From: an uncultured bacterium
Lineage (GTDB): Bacteria; Actinomycetota; Acidimicrobiia; Spongiisociales; UBA5794
DNA length: 64,000 nt
Direction: 5' to 3'
Assembly: GCA_963801165.1 (NCBI GenBank)
Contig: CAWDDT010000004.1
Span: 704,001-768,000 of the forward strand
In this document: in pieces, positions 20,903-31,039 of the stretch
How positions within the stretch are numbered: position 1 is the first letter of the stretch
Layout: each line of letters opens with the position of its first letter
Position numbers and translations under genes: made by a program
The notes under the pieces: generated by a model
Seen by the model: the letters and a program-made list of their open reading frames with translations, nothing else
The model's database searches: none
Told to the model about the DNA's origin: nothing

Positions 20903-22603
20903 TCAGCTTTGCCGATCGTTGCCGTAGCTATTCCACTGCGACCAGGAGACCGAACGGTTGAACCAGAACCAGCCGGAGCTTCCCGAATAGGTGTTGTTCT
21001 CGAAACGATTGTTGGCGGAATAGACACCGTCGCCGCCGTAGTCCTGGGCGATCCCTGTCAGCCCGCTGTCGATGACGGTGTTGTCGTGGGCGTAATCATT
21101 GGTGAGGGTGTGCTCGCCGTATGTGCCCGAGCCCCGGTTCTGCCGTGTCATCGCGATGCCGTTGAAATTGCCTTCGAGCGTGTTGCCGTAGATCTCGACG
21201 TTTGGCGATGAGGAGATCATGATGCCGCCGCCCCAAAGCCACTGAGCATGGCCGAAGCCATTGCGTCGGATCACGTTGTTCCTTATCACCGCGTCGTAGC
21301 TGATCTCATGGAAGATGCCGTTGGCCCAGTTGTCCTCGACGGTGTTGTCCTCGTACAGCGTGTCGATGTTGTTGCCGTCCGCCCACAGACCGGGTGCGTG
21401 GTTGTGATGAGACCAGTTGCCACGGATGATCGTGCCCTCGGTATTCCATATCTTGAGACCCGCGGCATAGTTACCCCAATCCCAGACAGCGTCGGGGTTG
21501 TTGTATGCGATCGTGTTGTTCTCGATCAGGGCGCCATTGCTGTCGAGAACGCTCATCCCGGCTCGTCCATTGTGGTGGATGTTGTTGTTTCGCACCACCG
21601 GCGCACCGTTGTTGAGCCAGACCCCCGTGGTCCGGTTGTCGTGGATGTTGCAGCTCTCGACCAGCCAGTCGCCGCCCATCCCGGTGATGGCGCCGGCCCA
21701 GTCGCCTGACTGGTAGTTCTTGATCTCGATGTTGATGATCTGCACGCCCTTGGCCGAGGAGCTGAACGCTGAGCCGGCCCAGTTGTCGCCGTTCATCACG
21801 GCGCCGTCGCCGATGAACACCTGGTAGCTGCGGGGAGAGACCTGCTGGCCGTGGAACTCCCCGTGGATCATGAACACCGTGCCTTCGGAATGGCTGTTGG
21901 CGATGCTGTTGATGTCCTGACCGGCCCAGATGTCGACATCGACGTCGCCGACGTCGACACGCGGCTGCGGGGTGATCGGATCGAGCCCGGATGCCCGGGC
22001 GATGAACGTCGCCATCTCATCGCGGTGGACAGCGGAGGTCGGGCAGAATTTGTTATCGAGGGGCGGGTTGCAGCCCTTGGTGACGCCATTCGCTCTGAGG
22101 ATCTCGATCTGGTCCTCGAACACAGAATTGTTGTCGTCGGTGAACGGGTTTCCCGCGGTCGAGCCGTGCAGGTTGTACCCGCGCACGAGAAATGCCGCCA
22201 TCTGCTCCCGGGTGACGGAGTCGTTGGGACAGAAATTGCGGGTAGAGCAACCCTGGGTGATCCCGGCCGCGGCGAGCTTGTTGATCGAACTCTCAAATGG
22301 CGATCCGTTGTCGTCGGCGAACCAGTCGCGCCCACCATCCCAACTCAGGTTGAGAGCCCGGACGAGGAAAGCGGCCATCTCGCCGCGCGTCACCTTCCGG
22401 TCGGGGCAGTAGTGGTCGTTGACCGGGGGGTTGCATCCGGACGTGATCCCGGCCGCGGCGATGGCCTCGATGTAGCCCTCGTGGACGTTGCCATCGTCGT
22501 CGGTGAAGGTTCCCCCGGGTGGCAGCGCTGAGGCCGCTACGGCCGGAACCAGCAGTGCGACCGCCAACAGGAAAGCAAAACAAGCTTGTGACACGTTTCT
22601 CAT
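20903..22603 (-). CDS. Secreted protein with three N-terminal SLH-like repeats and a parallel beta-helix domain
   Basis: Signal peptide; GITSGCNPP..YCP..VTRGEMAAFL repeats; beta-helix similar to the 17284-18900 product (PGLWAD, GIFHEIS, WLWG). Confidence 0.82.
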   Translation of the reverse strand: MRNVSQACFAFLLAVALLVPAVAASALPPGGTFTDDDGNVHEGYIEAIAAAGITSGCNPPVNDHYCPDRKVTRGEMAAFLVRALNLSWDGGRDWFADDNGSPFESSINKLAAAGITQGCSTRNFCPNDSVTREQMAAFLVRGYNLHGSTAGNPFTDDNNSVFEDQIEILRANGVTKGCNPPLDNKFCPTSAVHRDEMATFIARASGLDPITPQPRVDVGDVDVDIWAGQDINSIANSHSEGTVFMIHGEFHGQQVSPRSYQVFIGDGAVMNGDNWAGSAFSSSAKGVQIINIEIKNYQSGDWAGAITGMGGDWLVESCNIHDNRTTGVWLNNGAPVVRNNNIHHNGRAGMSVLDSNGALIENNTIAYNNPDAVWDWGNYAAGLKIWNTEGTIIRGNWSHHNHAPGLWADGNNIDTLYEDNTVEDNWANGIFHEISYDAVIRNNVIRRNGFGHAQWLWGGGIMISSSPNVEIYGNTLEGNFNGIAMTRQNRGSGTYGEHTLTNDYAHDNTVIDSGLTGIAQDYGGDGVYSANNRFENNTYSGSSGWFWFNRSVSWSQWNSYGNDRQS

Positions 22604-22698
22604 GGTCGATGAACTTACTCGGACGGAAGTAGCCACCGCTTTAAGGAATCAATAAGTTTTCCTACAGCGTGCAAGTATTTATTTCCGGCGGGTGTTGA

Positions 22699-24081
22699 TT
22701 ACCAGTCCTGGTCTCGAACGGTCGGCGGTCTGACACCCCGACCCATGCCCTCGTAGACGAGACCCGCCTCGCGTACCCGGGAGGCGTCGAAGGCATTCCG
22801 CCCGTCGATCACGAGGTTCCCTCGCATGCGGTCGGCGATCACGGCGAAGTCGAGATCGCGCAGCTCGTCCCACTCGGTGAGCAGGACAACGGCGTCGGCC
22901 TGCTCTACGAGTGTGTACGGGTCGGTGGCCGTCTGCAGCCCGGGAAGCTCGGGGATCTGCTTGACCATCGGATCGTACGCTCTGACGATGGCGCCTCGCT
23001 CGGTGAGCGCCTGAGCGATCGTAATGGCCGGGGCATCGCGGGTGTCGTCGGTGTCCGGTTTGAAGGCTAGACCGAGCAATGCGATGCGGCTTCCACGGAG
23101 GGGGCGCAGATGCTGTTGCAGCTTTCGCACTAGACGGTGGCGCTGGTGCTGGTTGACGCGCTGCACGGCCTCGAGGATCAGCGGCTCCTGCCCGTGGGCC
23201 CGCGCCGTTGCGGCCAGCGCCTCGACATCCTTGCCGAAACAGGATCCACCCCAGCCGACGCCGGCGTTGAGGAACTTGGCGGAGATGCGGGAATCGAGTC
23301 CCATCGCATGGGCGACCTCGTTGACATCGGCGTTCACCCACTCGCAGATCTCGGCGATCTCGTTGATGAAGCTGATCTTGGTAGCGAGGAATGCGTTGGC
23401 CGCGTACTTGATCGTTTCGGCGGTCGACCGGTCGGTTGTGAAAAGGGTCGGCTTGGTTTCCATGGAGCCGCCCGGGAAGGTCTGGTCGAGGATCGGCCTG
23501 TAGGCAGCCACGACCTTATCCACCGCGCCCCTGTCGTCACCGCCGAGAACAATGCGCTCGGGGAAGAGGAAGTCCTTGACCGCTGAGCCTTCGCGCAGGA
23601 ACTCCGGGTTGCTGACGACGCTGAACACATTCATGTCGACATCGTCTGGGAGAACGCTTTCGATGGTGGATGTCAGCCAATTGCCGCTGCCGACGGGGAC
23701 CGTTGACTTGGTGACGATCACGTGTGGCGAATGCATCGCCGCGCCTATCGACTTTGCCGCAGACGTAACACTGGTCACGTCCGGGTGGCCGTTCTCGCCG
23801 GGAGGGGTGTCGACGCAAAGGAACACGACGTCGGCCTTGGCCATTGCCTCTTCGAAGTCACTCGTGAAGCTGAGACGACCCGACTCGATGCCCGCCCGTA
23901 GCCGCACGTCCAGACCGGGCTCATAAAAATACGAAGAACCGCTCTGGAGTTTGGCGAGCTTCTCCTCGTTTATCTCGATTGCAATTACCTCGTGGCCGAC
24001 TGCTGCCATGCAGGCGGCCACGACGGTTCCTACATACCCGCTGCCGACGACAGCAATGCCGTTTACCCCTTTGACTGCCAC
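22699..24081 (-). CDS. ugd: UDP-glucose/GDP-mannose 6-dehydrogenase
   Basis: GSGYVG, KSTVPVG, SNPEFLREG, KYAANAFLATKISFINE, GGSCFGKD, LAFKPDTDD. Confidence 0.92.
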   Translation of the reverse strand: MAVKGVNGIAVVGSGYVGTVVAACMAAVGHEVIAIEINEEKLAKLQSGSSYFYEPGLDVRLRAGIESGRLSFTSDFEEAMAKADVVFLCVDTPPGENGHPDVTSVTSAAKSIGAAMHSPHVIVTKSTVPVGSGNWLTSTIESVLPDDVDMNVFSVVSNPEFLREGSAVKDFLFPERIVLGGDDRGAVDKVVAAYRPILDQTFPGGSMETKPTLFTTDRSTAETIKYAANAFLATKISFINEIAEICEWVNADVNEVAHAMGLDSRISAKFLNAGVGWGGSCFGKDVEALAATARAHGQEPLILEAVQRVNQHQRHRLVRKLQQHLRPLRGSRIALLGLAFKPDTDDTRDAPAITIAQALTERGAIVRAYDPMVKQIPELPGLQTATDPYTLVEQADAVVLLTEWDELRDLDFAVIADRMRGNLVIDGRNAFDASRVREAGLVYEGMGRGVRPPTVRDQDW

Positions 24082-24402
24082 CTCTTACCCCCGATTTCTT
24101 CCGATTCCTGGCCACGTGTGACGGGGTCACTACGCAACGCTGAGTATACGGTCGCCGACCTTGCGTATCCGGTGGTTGGGCGTTGCCAGCTCACGCTGGG
24201 CTAGGTATCTAGCCATACGATACCCAACAGACCTCGCTGATAGGATCGGCAAGGAATACGGCCACACCTCGAGTCGCTTCCGGTCGGCCGGATCTTGACC
24301 CGGTTTCGATTAGTCCGCGTCGCTCAAAGCTACACCAGGACTAGGGTTCGGCCGTTCCCCGCGGGTTGCGTGGCCTCGAGGGTCTGAGAGATTGCAGGGC
24401 AG

Positions 24403-26229
24403 ATGGACAGAATCGCCGTATACGAGACAAACGAGCAGTTCGAGCCGACCGTTGCAGGCGCCGCCTGGCAGTATCGGTGGCTGGTGCTTCTCCTCGCCGT
24501 TGCGTTCGCCGGGCTCGGGTGGCTCTACGGGTCGGGCAACGATTCATACACGGCGACCTCGTCGTTGGGGGTCGAGGACCCTCGGGTGTCAAACCTGTTC
24601 ACCGTTGGTTTCGACGCCACACCGGACCGCTATGTGCGTAGCCAGGCGGAAATCGTTTCGTCTCGGGTGGTGGCCGCTCGGGCCGTGGAGCTCGGCGCCG
24701 AGGCCGATCCGCCGGTCGAGACCACAGTGGAGCACATCCTCAACGAGGCTCTCAGTGTCGACGCGGCCACCGATTCCGACCAGATCACGATCTCGTACGC
24801 CGGAACAACCGCCTATGAAGCGATCACGATGGCGAACGCTGTCTCCACCGCCTACCAGCAGGTCGGTCGAGATGCGGCCACCGCGGCCTTCGATGCTGCC
24901 GTGCTCGGGCTGGACTCACAGATCACCGAGCTGACCACCCAGGTGCGCGATGTCGAGGATCAGGTCCGTGATCTAGACGCCAGCGATTCGAGCGCGTTGG
25001 CCCTGGAGGCACAGCTGCAAACCGCGATATCGAAACTTCTCGTGTTTGAGTCGAGCTCACCATCGGCGACGCTCGATCAGCTCACGGAGAACGCGGCTCG
25101 TCTTGATGAGATCCGTCTCGAGATCGAGACCCTGCAGACGGCTCTCGCCAAGCAGGACACCAGCATCTCGCGGCAGTCGCTGCTCGACCAGCGCGATGAT
25201 CTTCGCCAGCGGCTGACCGGTCTTCAGGAGGTGCGCGACCAGAGGGAAGTCGACGCCCAGCTATCGACGAGCGGCGTCGTGTTCTCCGATCCGGCCGCGG
25301 TTGCCGAGAGCGGCAACATAGGCATCCCGGTTCTCGGCGGCTTCCTGTTCGGGGTCATCATCGGGTCCGCCATCGCCTTCCCCCTGTCGCGCAGCCGACG
25401 CCGTTTCGGTTCCCGGGTCGAGCCGCAGCGAGCTCTGGGCAGCCCGCTCATATCCGATGTCCCGAACTTCCTCGACGAGCGCCTGTCGACGAATCTGCCG
25501 GTCGTGGAGGCACCGGGCAGTGTCTCGGCCGAGGCTTTCAGGTTCGTCTCTACCGCGATCGCGGTACAGCGCGACCGCGTGGAGTCAACCGAGCCCGCCT
25601 TCCAGACGGTCGTAGTCACCTCAGCGCTCATCTCGGCGGGGAAGACGACGGTGGTCGCCAACAGCGCGTTCGCCGCGGCGTTGAGTGGCAGCAAGGTGCT
25701 GGTTGTCGATGCCGACTTCACCAGCCAGGAGCTGACGAGGATACTCATCGGTTCGGTGGCGCCCCGTCACGGTCTCGCCGACCTCATCCAGGGCAAGACC
25801 TCGCTCGAGGACGCCACGGTGAGCGTGAACATGGAAGGGGCCGGATCGGTGGATCTGCTCTCGTCGGGAACCCCCGATGTCGCCGCCGCCGATCTGCTGT
25901 CGCTGCCTTCGGTCGCGAGGGTATTCCGCGAGTGGGGCGAGCAGTACGACCTGATCCTCGTGGACGCACCACCGATCCTGAGCGTGGCCTATTCGACGAG
26001 CCTGGTTCGTCTGGCCGACCGGGTGATTGTGGTCACTGCCCACGGGCACGACTACTCGAGCACTCAGGATCTCCGCTACCAGCTCGACATGATCGGAACG
26101 CCGATGCTCGGCTACATCTACAACTTCGCTCCGTTGCGTGCCGAGATGACGCTGGTTGCCGGCTCGATGGCCCAGTGGGGTCAGGCGGCCACAGATCAGA
26201 CCGAACAGCACGAGAGCGCCGACAATTAG
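24403..26229 (+). CDS. Second polysaccharide co-polymerase / BY-kinase-like protein
   Basis: Paralog of 441-2207: EPT..GAAW.Y.WLV, AEAFRFV, SAGKTT, VDADF, VDAPP, GYIYNFAPLR. Confidence 0.85.
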   Translation: MDRIAVYETNEQFEPTVAGAAWQYRWLVLLLAVAFAGLGWLYGSGNDSYTATSSLGVEDPRVSNLFTVGFDATPDRYVRSQAEIVSSRVVAARAVELGAEADPPVETTVEHILNEALSVDAATDSDQITISYAGTTAYEAITMANAVSTAYQQVGRDAATAAFDAAVLGLDSQITELTTQVRDVEDQVRDLDASDSSALALEAQLQTAISKLLVFESSSPSATLDQLTENAARLDEIRLEIETLQTALAKQDTSISRQSLLDQRDDLRQRLTGLQEVRDQREVDAQLSTSGVVFSDPAAVAESGNIGIPVLGGFLFGVIIGSAIAFPLSRSRRRFGSRVEPQRALGSPLISDVPNFLDERLSTNLPVVEAPGSVSAEAFRFVSTAIAVQRDRVESTEPAFQTVVVTSALISAGKTTVVANSAFAAALSGSKVLVVDADFTSQELTRILIGSVAPRHGLADLIQGKTSLEDATVSVNMEGAGSVDLLSSGTPDVAAADLLSLPSVARVFREWGEQYDLILVDAPPILSVAYSTSLVRLADRVIVVTAHGHDYSSTQDLRYQLDMIGTPMLGYIYNFAPLRAEMTLVAGSMAQWGQAATDQTEQHESADN

Positions 26230-26390
26230 GAGGGTGCTGCTCAATCGCCGTGAAGGCTCGGCGGCCCGGTGCACCACCGTCGTGGACCACGCTTCGAGCC
26301 TGAAGTGGAATCATTCAGCACACTCCTCGCCGGAACGGTTCGCTCTGCAATTAGCCTTGGTGTGACGAAACTCGACCTAGCGAGGCCCTG

Positions 26391-27782
26391 GTGAAACGTA
26401 CCCTTATCAAGCACGTGCTGACGTCTGACGCCGTCGGCGAGCCGGTCAAGGTGGCCGGATGGGTGCGCACGAGGCGGGATTCCAAGGGCGGGTTCTCGTT
26501 CCTCGAGGTGAACGACGGGTCGTGTTTCTCAGGGCTGCAGGTGGTCGTCCCCGGCGAGCTCGACAACTACGAGTCGGAGGTGCTCCATCTCAGCATCGGG
26601 AGCGCAGTTGCCATCGAAGGCGAACTCGTCGAATCACCCGGCTCCGGGCAGGCCGTCGAGGTACGCGCCGGGCGGGTGATGGTCTACGGTCTCGCCGATC
26701 CCGATGAGTATCCGCTCCAGAAGAAGCGCATCTCGTATGAGAAGCTGCGTGACATCGCTCACTTACGACCCCGCACCAACACATTTGGTGCCGTAGCGCG
26801 GGTGCGGAACGCTCTTGCCTATGCGACCCACCGGTTCTATCAGGAACGCGATTTTCTGTATCTGCACACACCGATGATCACCTCCAGCGATGCCGAGGGT
26901 GCCGGGGAGATGTTTCAGGTGACAACCCTCGACCCGGCGTCGCCTCCGCTGCTGGACGGTCAGGTCGATTACGAGCAGGACTTCTTCGGCAAGCCGACGT
27001 ATTTGACGGTCAGCGGCCAGCTCTCAGCGGAGGCGTATGCCTGTGCCCTCGACAGGGTCTATACGTTCGGTCCGACTTTCCGGGCTGAGAACTCCAACAC
27101 CCGACGCCATCTGGCGGAGTTCTGGATGATCGAGCCCGAGGTTGCCTTCGCCGACCTCTCCGACAACGCTGATCTCGCTGAGGACTACATCCGCTTCATG
27201 TTCCAGTACGTGCTGGAGGAGTGTTCCGACGACCTCGCGTTCTTTGACAAGTGGGTGCAGGAAGGGCTGCTGGACCGGCTTGGAACCCTGGCCACCAGCG
27301 AGTTTCGTCGCATCACATACACGGAGGCGGTTGCGGCGCTCGAGAAGTCGGGGGAGTCGTTCGAGTTCCCGGTGAGCTGGGGGAGCGATCTCCAATCCGA
27401 GCACGAGCGCTACCTCACCGAGGTGATCTTCAAACAGCCCGTAGTGGTCACCGATTACCCGAAGGACATCAAAGCCTTCTACATGCGACGCAACGACGAT
27501 GGCAAAACCGTCGCCGCCATGGACGTGCTGTTGCCCGGTGTCGGCGAGATCGTCGGCGGCAGTCAGCGTGAGGAACGCCACGACGTGCTGCTCGAATCGA
27601 TCCGGGAGAAAGGTCTGCCGGAGAAGGATTACTGGTGGTACCTCGATCTGCGCCGCTTCGGAACGGTGCCGCACTCCGGGTTCGGTCTCGGCTTCGGCCG
27701 CATGGTCCAGTTCACGACCGGCATGCAGAACATCCGCGACGTGATCCCGTTCCCGAGAACCCCCAACTCCGCGGAGTTCTGA
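26391..27782 (+). CDS. asnS: Asparagine--tRNA ligase
   Basis: GWVRTRR OB fold, [55 protein letters not shown]. Confidence 0.95.
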   Translation: MKRTLIKHVLTSDAVGEPVKVAGWVRTRRDSKGGFSFLEVNDGSCFSGLQVVVPGELDNYESEVLHLSIGSAVAIEGELVESPGSGQAVEVRAGRVMVYGLADPDEYPLQKKRISYEKLRDIAHLRPRTNTFGAVARVRNALAYATHRFYQERDFLYLHTPMITSSDAEGAGEMFQVTTLDPASPPLLDGQVDYEQDFFGKPTYLTVSGQLSAEAYACALDRVYTFGPTFRAENSNTRRHLAEFWMIEPEVAFADLSDNADLAEDYIRFMFQYVLEECSDDLAFFDKWVQEGLLDRLGTLATSEFRRITYTEAVAALEKSGESFEFPVSWGSDLQSEHERYLTEVIFKQPVVVTDYPKDIKAFYMRRNDDGKTVAAMDVLLPGVGEIVGGSQREERHDVLLESIREKGLPEKDYWWYLDLRRFGTVPHSGFGLGFGRMVQFTTGMQNIRDVIPFPRTPNSAEF

Positions 27783-27809
27783 GAGCCATTGGTTTTGCGG
27801 CTTTTCACA

Positions 27810-28025
27810 AGGCCCCCATCGGCCTCGCTTCGCTTGGCCACTTCCCCCAGAGGGGGAAGGAGGGGGTGGCAGTGGTCTGGAGCTCTTCATGAGGCCCCCA
27901 TCGGCCTCGCTTCGCTTGGCCACTTCCCCCAGAGGGGGAAGGAGGGGGTGGCAGTGGTCTGGAGCTCTTCATGAGGCCCCCATCGGCCTCGCTTCGCTTG
28001 GCCACTTCCCCCAGAGGGGGAAGGG
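27810..28025. repeat. 82-bp tandem palindromic REP-like element, about 2.6 copies, between convergent asnS and fcl
   Basis: Units start at 27811, 27893 and 27975 (ggcccccatcggcctcgcttcgcttggccacttcccccagagggggaagg...); contains the CTTCCCC-CAGAG-GGGGAAG hairpin. Confidence 0.92.
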
Positions 28026-28030
28026 TGGGA

Positions 28031-28963
28031 CTACGACTGGTGTGATTCCCACCAGTCGATCGTCTTGCGGAGCCCTTCTTCGAGACCCGTCTCGGCTTCG
28101 AAGTCGAACAGCTTCTTCGCCCTCGTTGTATCGAGCTTGCGTCTCGGCTGCCCGTCTGGCTTTGTCGTATCCCAGACGACGTTGCCCTCGTAGCCGGTTA
28201 GTCGGGCGATCAGTTCGACGAGGTCGCGGATGGTTATCTCGTGGCTGGTGCCGAGGTTCACCGGCTGCTCGCCGTTGAACTTCTCGGTTGCCATCACGAC
28301 CGCACGTGCGGCATCCTCGACATAGAGGAACTCTCGTGACGCCGAGCCCGTGCCCCATGCCACAACCTCGGGCGACCGATCGTTACGGGCGGCGACAAAC
28401 TTTCGGATCAGCGCGGGTATGACGTGCGAGCTCTCGAGGTCGAAGTTGTCCCGAGGTCCGTAGAGGTTCACGGGGAGGAGATAGATCCCGTTGAGGTGGT
28501 ATTGCTGGCGGTAAGCCTGGAGCATCACAAGCAAGCTCTTCTTGGCGACGCCGTACGGGGCATTCGTCTCTTCGGGGTAACCCTTCCACAGGTCTTCCTC
28601 GCGGAACGGAACAGGGGCGAACTTCGGGTAGGCGCACACCGTTCCGACCTGTACGAACTTCTCTATCTTGTTTTTCCGGGCCTCTTCGATGAGATGAAGC
28701 CCCATCGCCATGTTTGCGTAGAAGTAGCGGCCCGGGTTTGCCCGGTTGGCGCCGATACCCCCGACCTCGGCTGCCAGGTGGATCACCATGTCGGGATCGG
28801 TGTCCTTGTAGAGCTGCCGCACCGCATCCTGCTCGGTCAGGTCATATTCGGCGCTGCGCGGCACGAACAGCTCGCCGGCGCCCTCGTTGCGGAGTCGCTC
28901 GCAGATGAAGGAGCCGAGGAACCCGGCTCCGCCCGTGACGACGATGCGTTTTCCGTCGATCAC
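28031..28963 (-). CDS. fcl: GDP-L-fucose synthase
   Basis: [60 protein letters not shown] overlaps the gmd stop. Confidence 0.93.
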   Translation of the reverse strand: MIDGKRIVVTGGAGFLGSFICERLRNEGAGELFVPRSAEYDLTEQDAVRQLYKDTDPDMVIHLAAEVGGIGANRANPGRYFYANMAMGLHLIEEARKNKIEKFVQVGTVCAYPKFAPVPFREEDLWKGYPEETNAPYGVAKKSLLVMLQAYRQQYHLNGIYLLPVNLYGPRDNFDLESSHVIPALIRKFVAARNDRSPEVVAWGTGSASREFLYVEDAARAVVMATEKFNGEQPVNLGTSHEITIRDLVELIARLTGYEGNVVWDTTKPDGQPRRKLDTTRAKKLFDFEAETGLEEGLRKTIDWWESHQS

Positions 28964-30000
28964 GAGTTGCTCCCGTTCCACTCGATCTTCTTGAGTCCGG
29001 CGTCGACCAGGGCACGCTCCTGTTTAGCCAGCTCGAGATCCGATGCGACCATCATTTCGACGAGCTCCGAGAAGTTGATGTTCGGCTTCCATCCGAGTTC
29101 ACGGCGCGCCTTGCTCGCATCGCCCTGGAGCAGATCGACCTCAGCCGGCCGCATATACCGGGTATCGACCGCGACGTACTGTTCCCAGTCGAGGTCGAGC
29201 AGCTCGAATGTGTGCTCTGCGAATTCGCGCACCGAGTGACGCTCGCCGGTGGCGATCACGAAATCGTCCGGCGTGTCTTGTTGGAGGAGCAGCCACATAG
29301 CCTCCGTGTAGTCCCCGGCAAAACCCCAGTCGCGCTCGGCATCGAGGTTGCCCAGGTAGAGCTTCTTTTGCAACCCGAGCTTGATCCGGGTCGCCGCTCT
29401 CGTGATCTTGCGGGTGACGAAGGTCTCGCCACGCCGCGGCGACTCATGATTGAAGAGGATGCCATTGCAGGCAAACATGTCGTAGGCCTCGCGGTAGTTG
29501 ACGGTCTGCCAGTAGCTGTAGACCTTGTCGACCGCATACGGTGACCGGGGATGGAAGGGAGTCGTCTCGGACTGCGGGGTCTCGGCAACCTTCCCGTACA
29601 TCTCCGACGAGGACGCCTGATAGAACCGGATCTCCGGGTTGGTCATTCGGATCGCCTCGAGGAGGCGTAGCGTCCCCAATGCGTCGATGTCGGCCGTGTA
29701 GAGCGGGTTCTGAAACGACACGGCGACATGGCTCTGGGCGCCGAGGTTGTACACCTCGAGCGGCTTCACTTCGTTGAGGAGGCGGCTAAGGCCGCTGCCG
29801 TCGGCGAGATCTCCGTAGTGGAGGAAGAGCTTGGCAGTAGGGAGATGGGAATCGAGATAGAGATGATCGATACGCTCGGTCGTGAACGTTGAGGTCCGCC
29901 GGATGAGACCGTGTACCTCATATCCCTTGTCGATCAGCTGCTCGGCGAGGTACGAGCCATCCTGGCCGGTGATGCCGGTCACCAAGGCACGGCGTGTCAT
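28960..30000 (-). CDS. gmd: GDP-mannose 4,6-dehydratase
   Basis: [52 protein letters not shown]. Confidence 0.96.
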   Translation of the reverse strand: MTRRALVTGITGQDGSYLAEQLIDKGYEVHGLIRRTSTFTTERIDHLYLDSHLPTAKLFLHYGDLADGSGLSRLLNEVKPLEVYNLGAQSHVAVSFQNPLYTADIDALGTLRLLEAIRMTNPEIRFYQASSSEMYGKVAETPQSETTPFHPRSPYAVDKVYSYWQTVNYREAYDMFACNGILFNHESPRRGETFVTRKITRAATRIKLGLQKKLYLGNLDAERDWGFAGDYTEAMWLLLQQDTPDDFVIATGERHSVREFAEHTFELLDLDWEQYVAVDTRYMRPAEVDLLQGDASKARRELGWKPNINFSELVEMMVASDLELAKQERALVDAGLKKIEWNGSNS

Positions 30001-30151
30001 GGGTAGTCTCCTGTTCTCGGCACTGCGCGCCCGCGCTCTGCCGCCTGGTACGAGTGTGGTGTGTATGGATGGTTGGCACCCACCGTAGACAATCTACTGC
30101 CATCTCCAGCGGCCCAGCCGGGGGGAGGCCGCATGTGACCCCCAAAAAAGG

Positions 30152-31039
30152 TCAAGACTCCAGATCCTCGATTGTCTTCGGCCAGTCGTCCTTGAGAAGA
30201 CGTGACAGCGAGCGATCGGCGAGGATCTTGCCGTTTGTCTGGCATCCCGGGCAATAGTTGGTCTCTCGAGACGCATAGACGATGCGCTGGATCGGCGTGC
30301 CACATACCGGGCACGGCTCGTTGAACTTGCCGTGGACGGCCATTTTTGGGTGGAAGGCGGTCACTTTCTCGGGAAAGCCGTCCCCCGTGTCTTCGCGGCG
30401 GATGGCGACCCACTTCTCCAGCGTCGACCGGCATGCAGCGAACAGCCGCTCGATCTCATCTAGCGTCAGATTCGTGTTCATCTGCATGGGGGAGAGCCGG
30501 GCGGCGTGCATGATCTCGTCGCCGAAGGCACCACCGATTCCGGATATTCGGCGGGCGTCGGAGAGCGCCCGCTTCAGCGTGTGCCGTTCGGCGGTGAGCG
30601 CCGCGGTGAACTCGCCAAGCGTGGCAGTGTCTATCTCGATGCCGCCCGGGTCGAGGTCGTGGAGCGCATCCTCACCGCGGACGACATGCAGCGACGCACG
30701 ACGCTTGGTGCCTGCCTCGGTGAGCATCAACGTGCCCCGCGAGAAATCAAAGGCGGCGAGCCCGACCTTCGCCGGGATCTTCTTGCGTTCCGTATGCCAG
30801 TGGAGACGGCCGGCAACCATGAGATGCAGCACCGCAAACAGATCGTCCTCGAACTCGAACACGATGCGCTTGCCCATACGGCGCAACCCGGCGAGCCGCT
30901 TCCCGAACAGTGCGTCTACCGGGGGGTCATAAGTTCGAAGCAGCGCAAATGACCTCACCCGCACCTCTTCGAGGACATCGCCGCCCACGTGCCTGTCGAT
31001 GGCGTCCAGGTAGGTGACGATCTCGGGTAACTCGGGCAT
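30152..31039 (-). CDS. Fpg/Nei family DNA glycosylase/AP lyase
   Basis: N-terminal MPELPE, HLMVAG, H2TH (GIG..F.DEI), C-terminal CPVC...CPGCQ zinc finger. Confidence 0.9.
   Translation of the reverse strand: MPELPEIVTYLDAIDRHVGGDVLEEVRVRSFALLRTYDPPVDALFGKRLAGLRRMGKRIVFEFEDDLFAVLHLMVAGRLHWHTERKKIPAKVGLAAFDFSRGTLMLTEAGTKRRASLHVVRGEDALHDLDPGGIEIDTATLGEFTAALTAERHTLKRALSDARRISGIGGAFGDEIMHAARLSPMQMNTNLTLDEIERLFAACRSTLEKWVAIRREDTGDGFPEKVTAFHPKMAVHGKFNEPCPVCGTPIQRIVYASRETNYCPGCQTNGKILADRSLSRLLKDDWPKTIEDLES

Noticed and set aside
27810-28025. Possible CRISPR array
   Set aside because: The inter-palindrome segments are identical rather than unique spacers, and there are no cas genes in the window.
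29520-29545. Gmd active-site region reads YAVDK instead of the usual YAVAK
   Set aside because: Catalytic Tyr and Lys are intact; a single substitution cannot be told apart from a base-call error.
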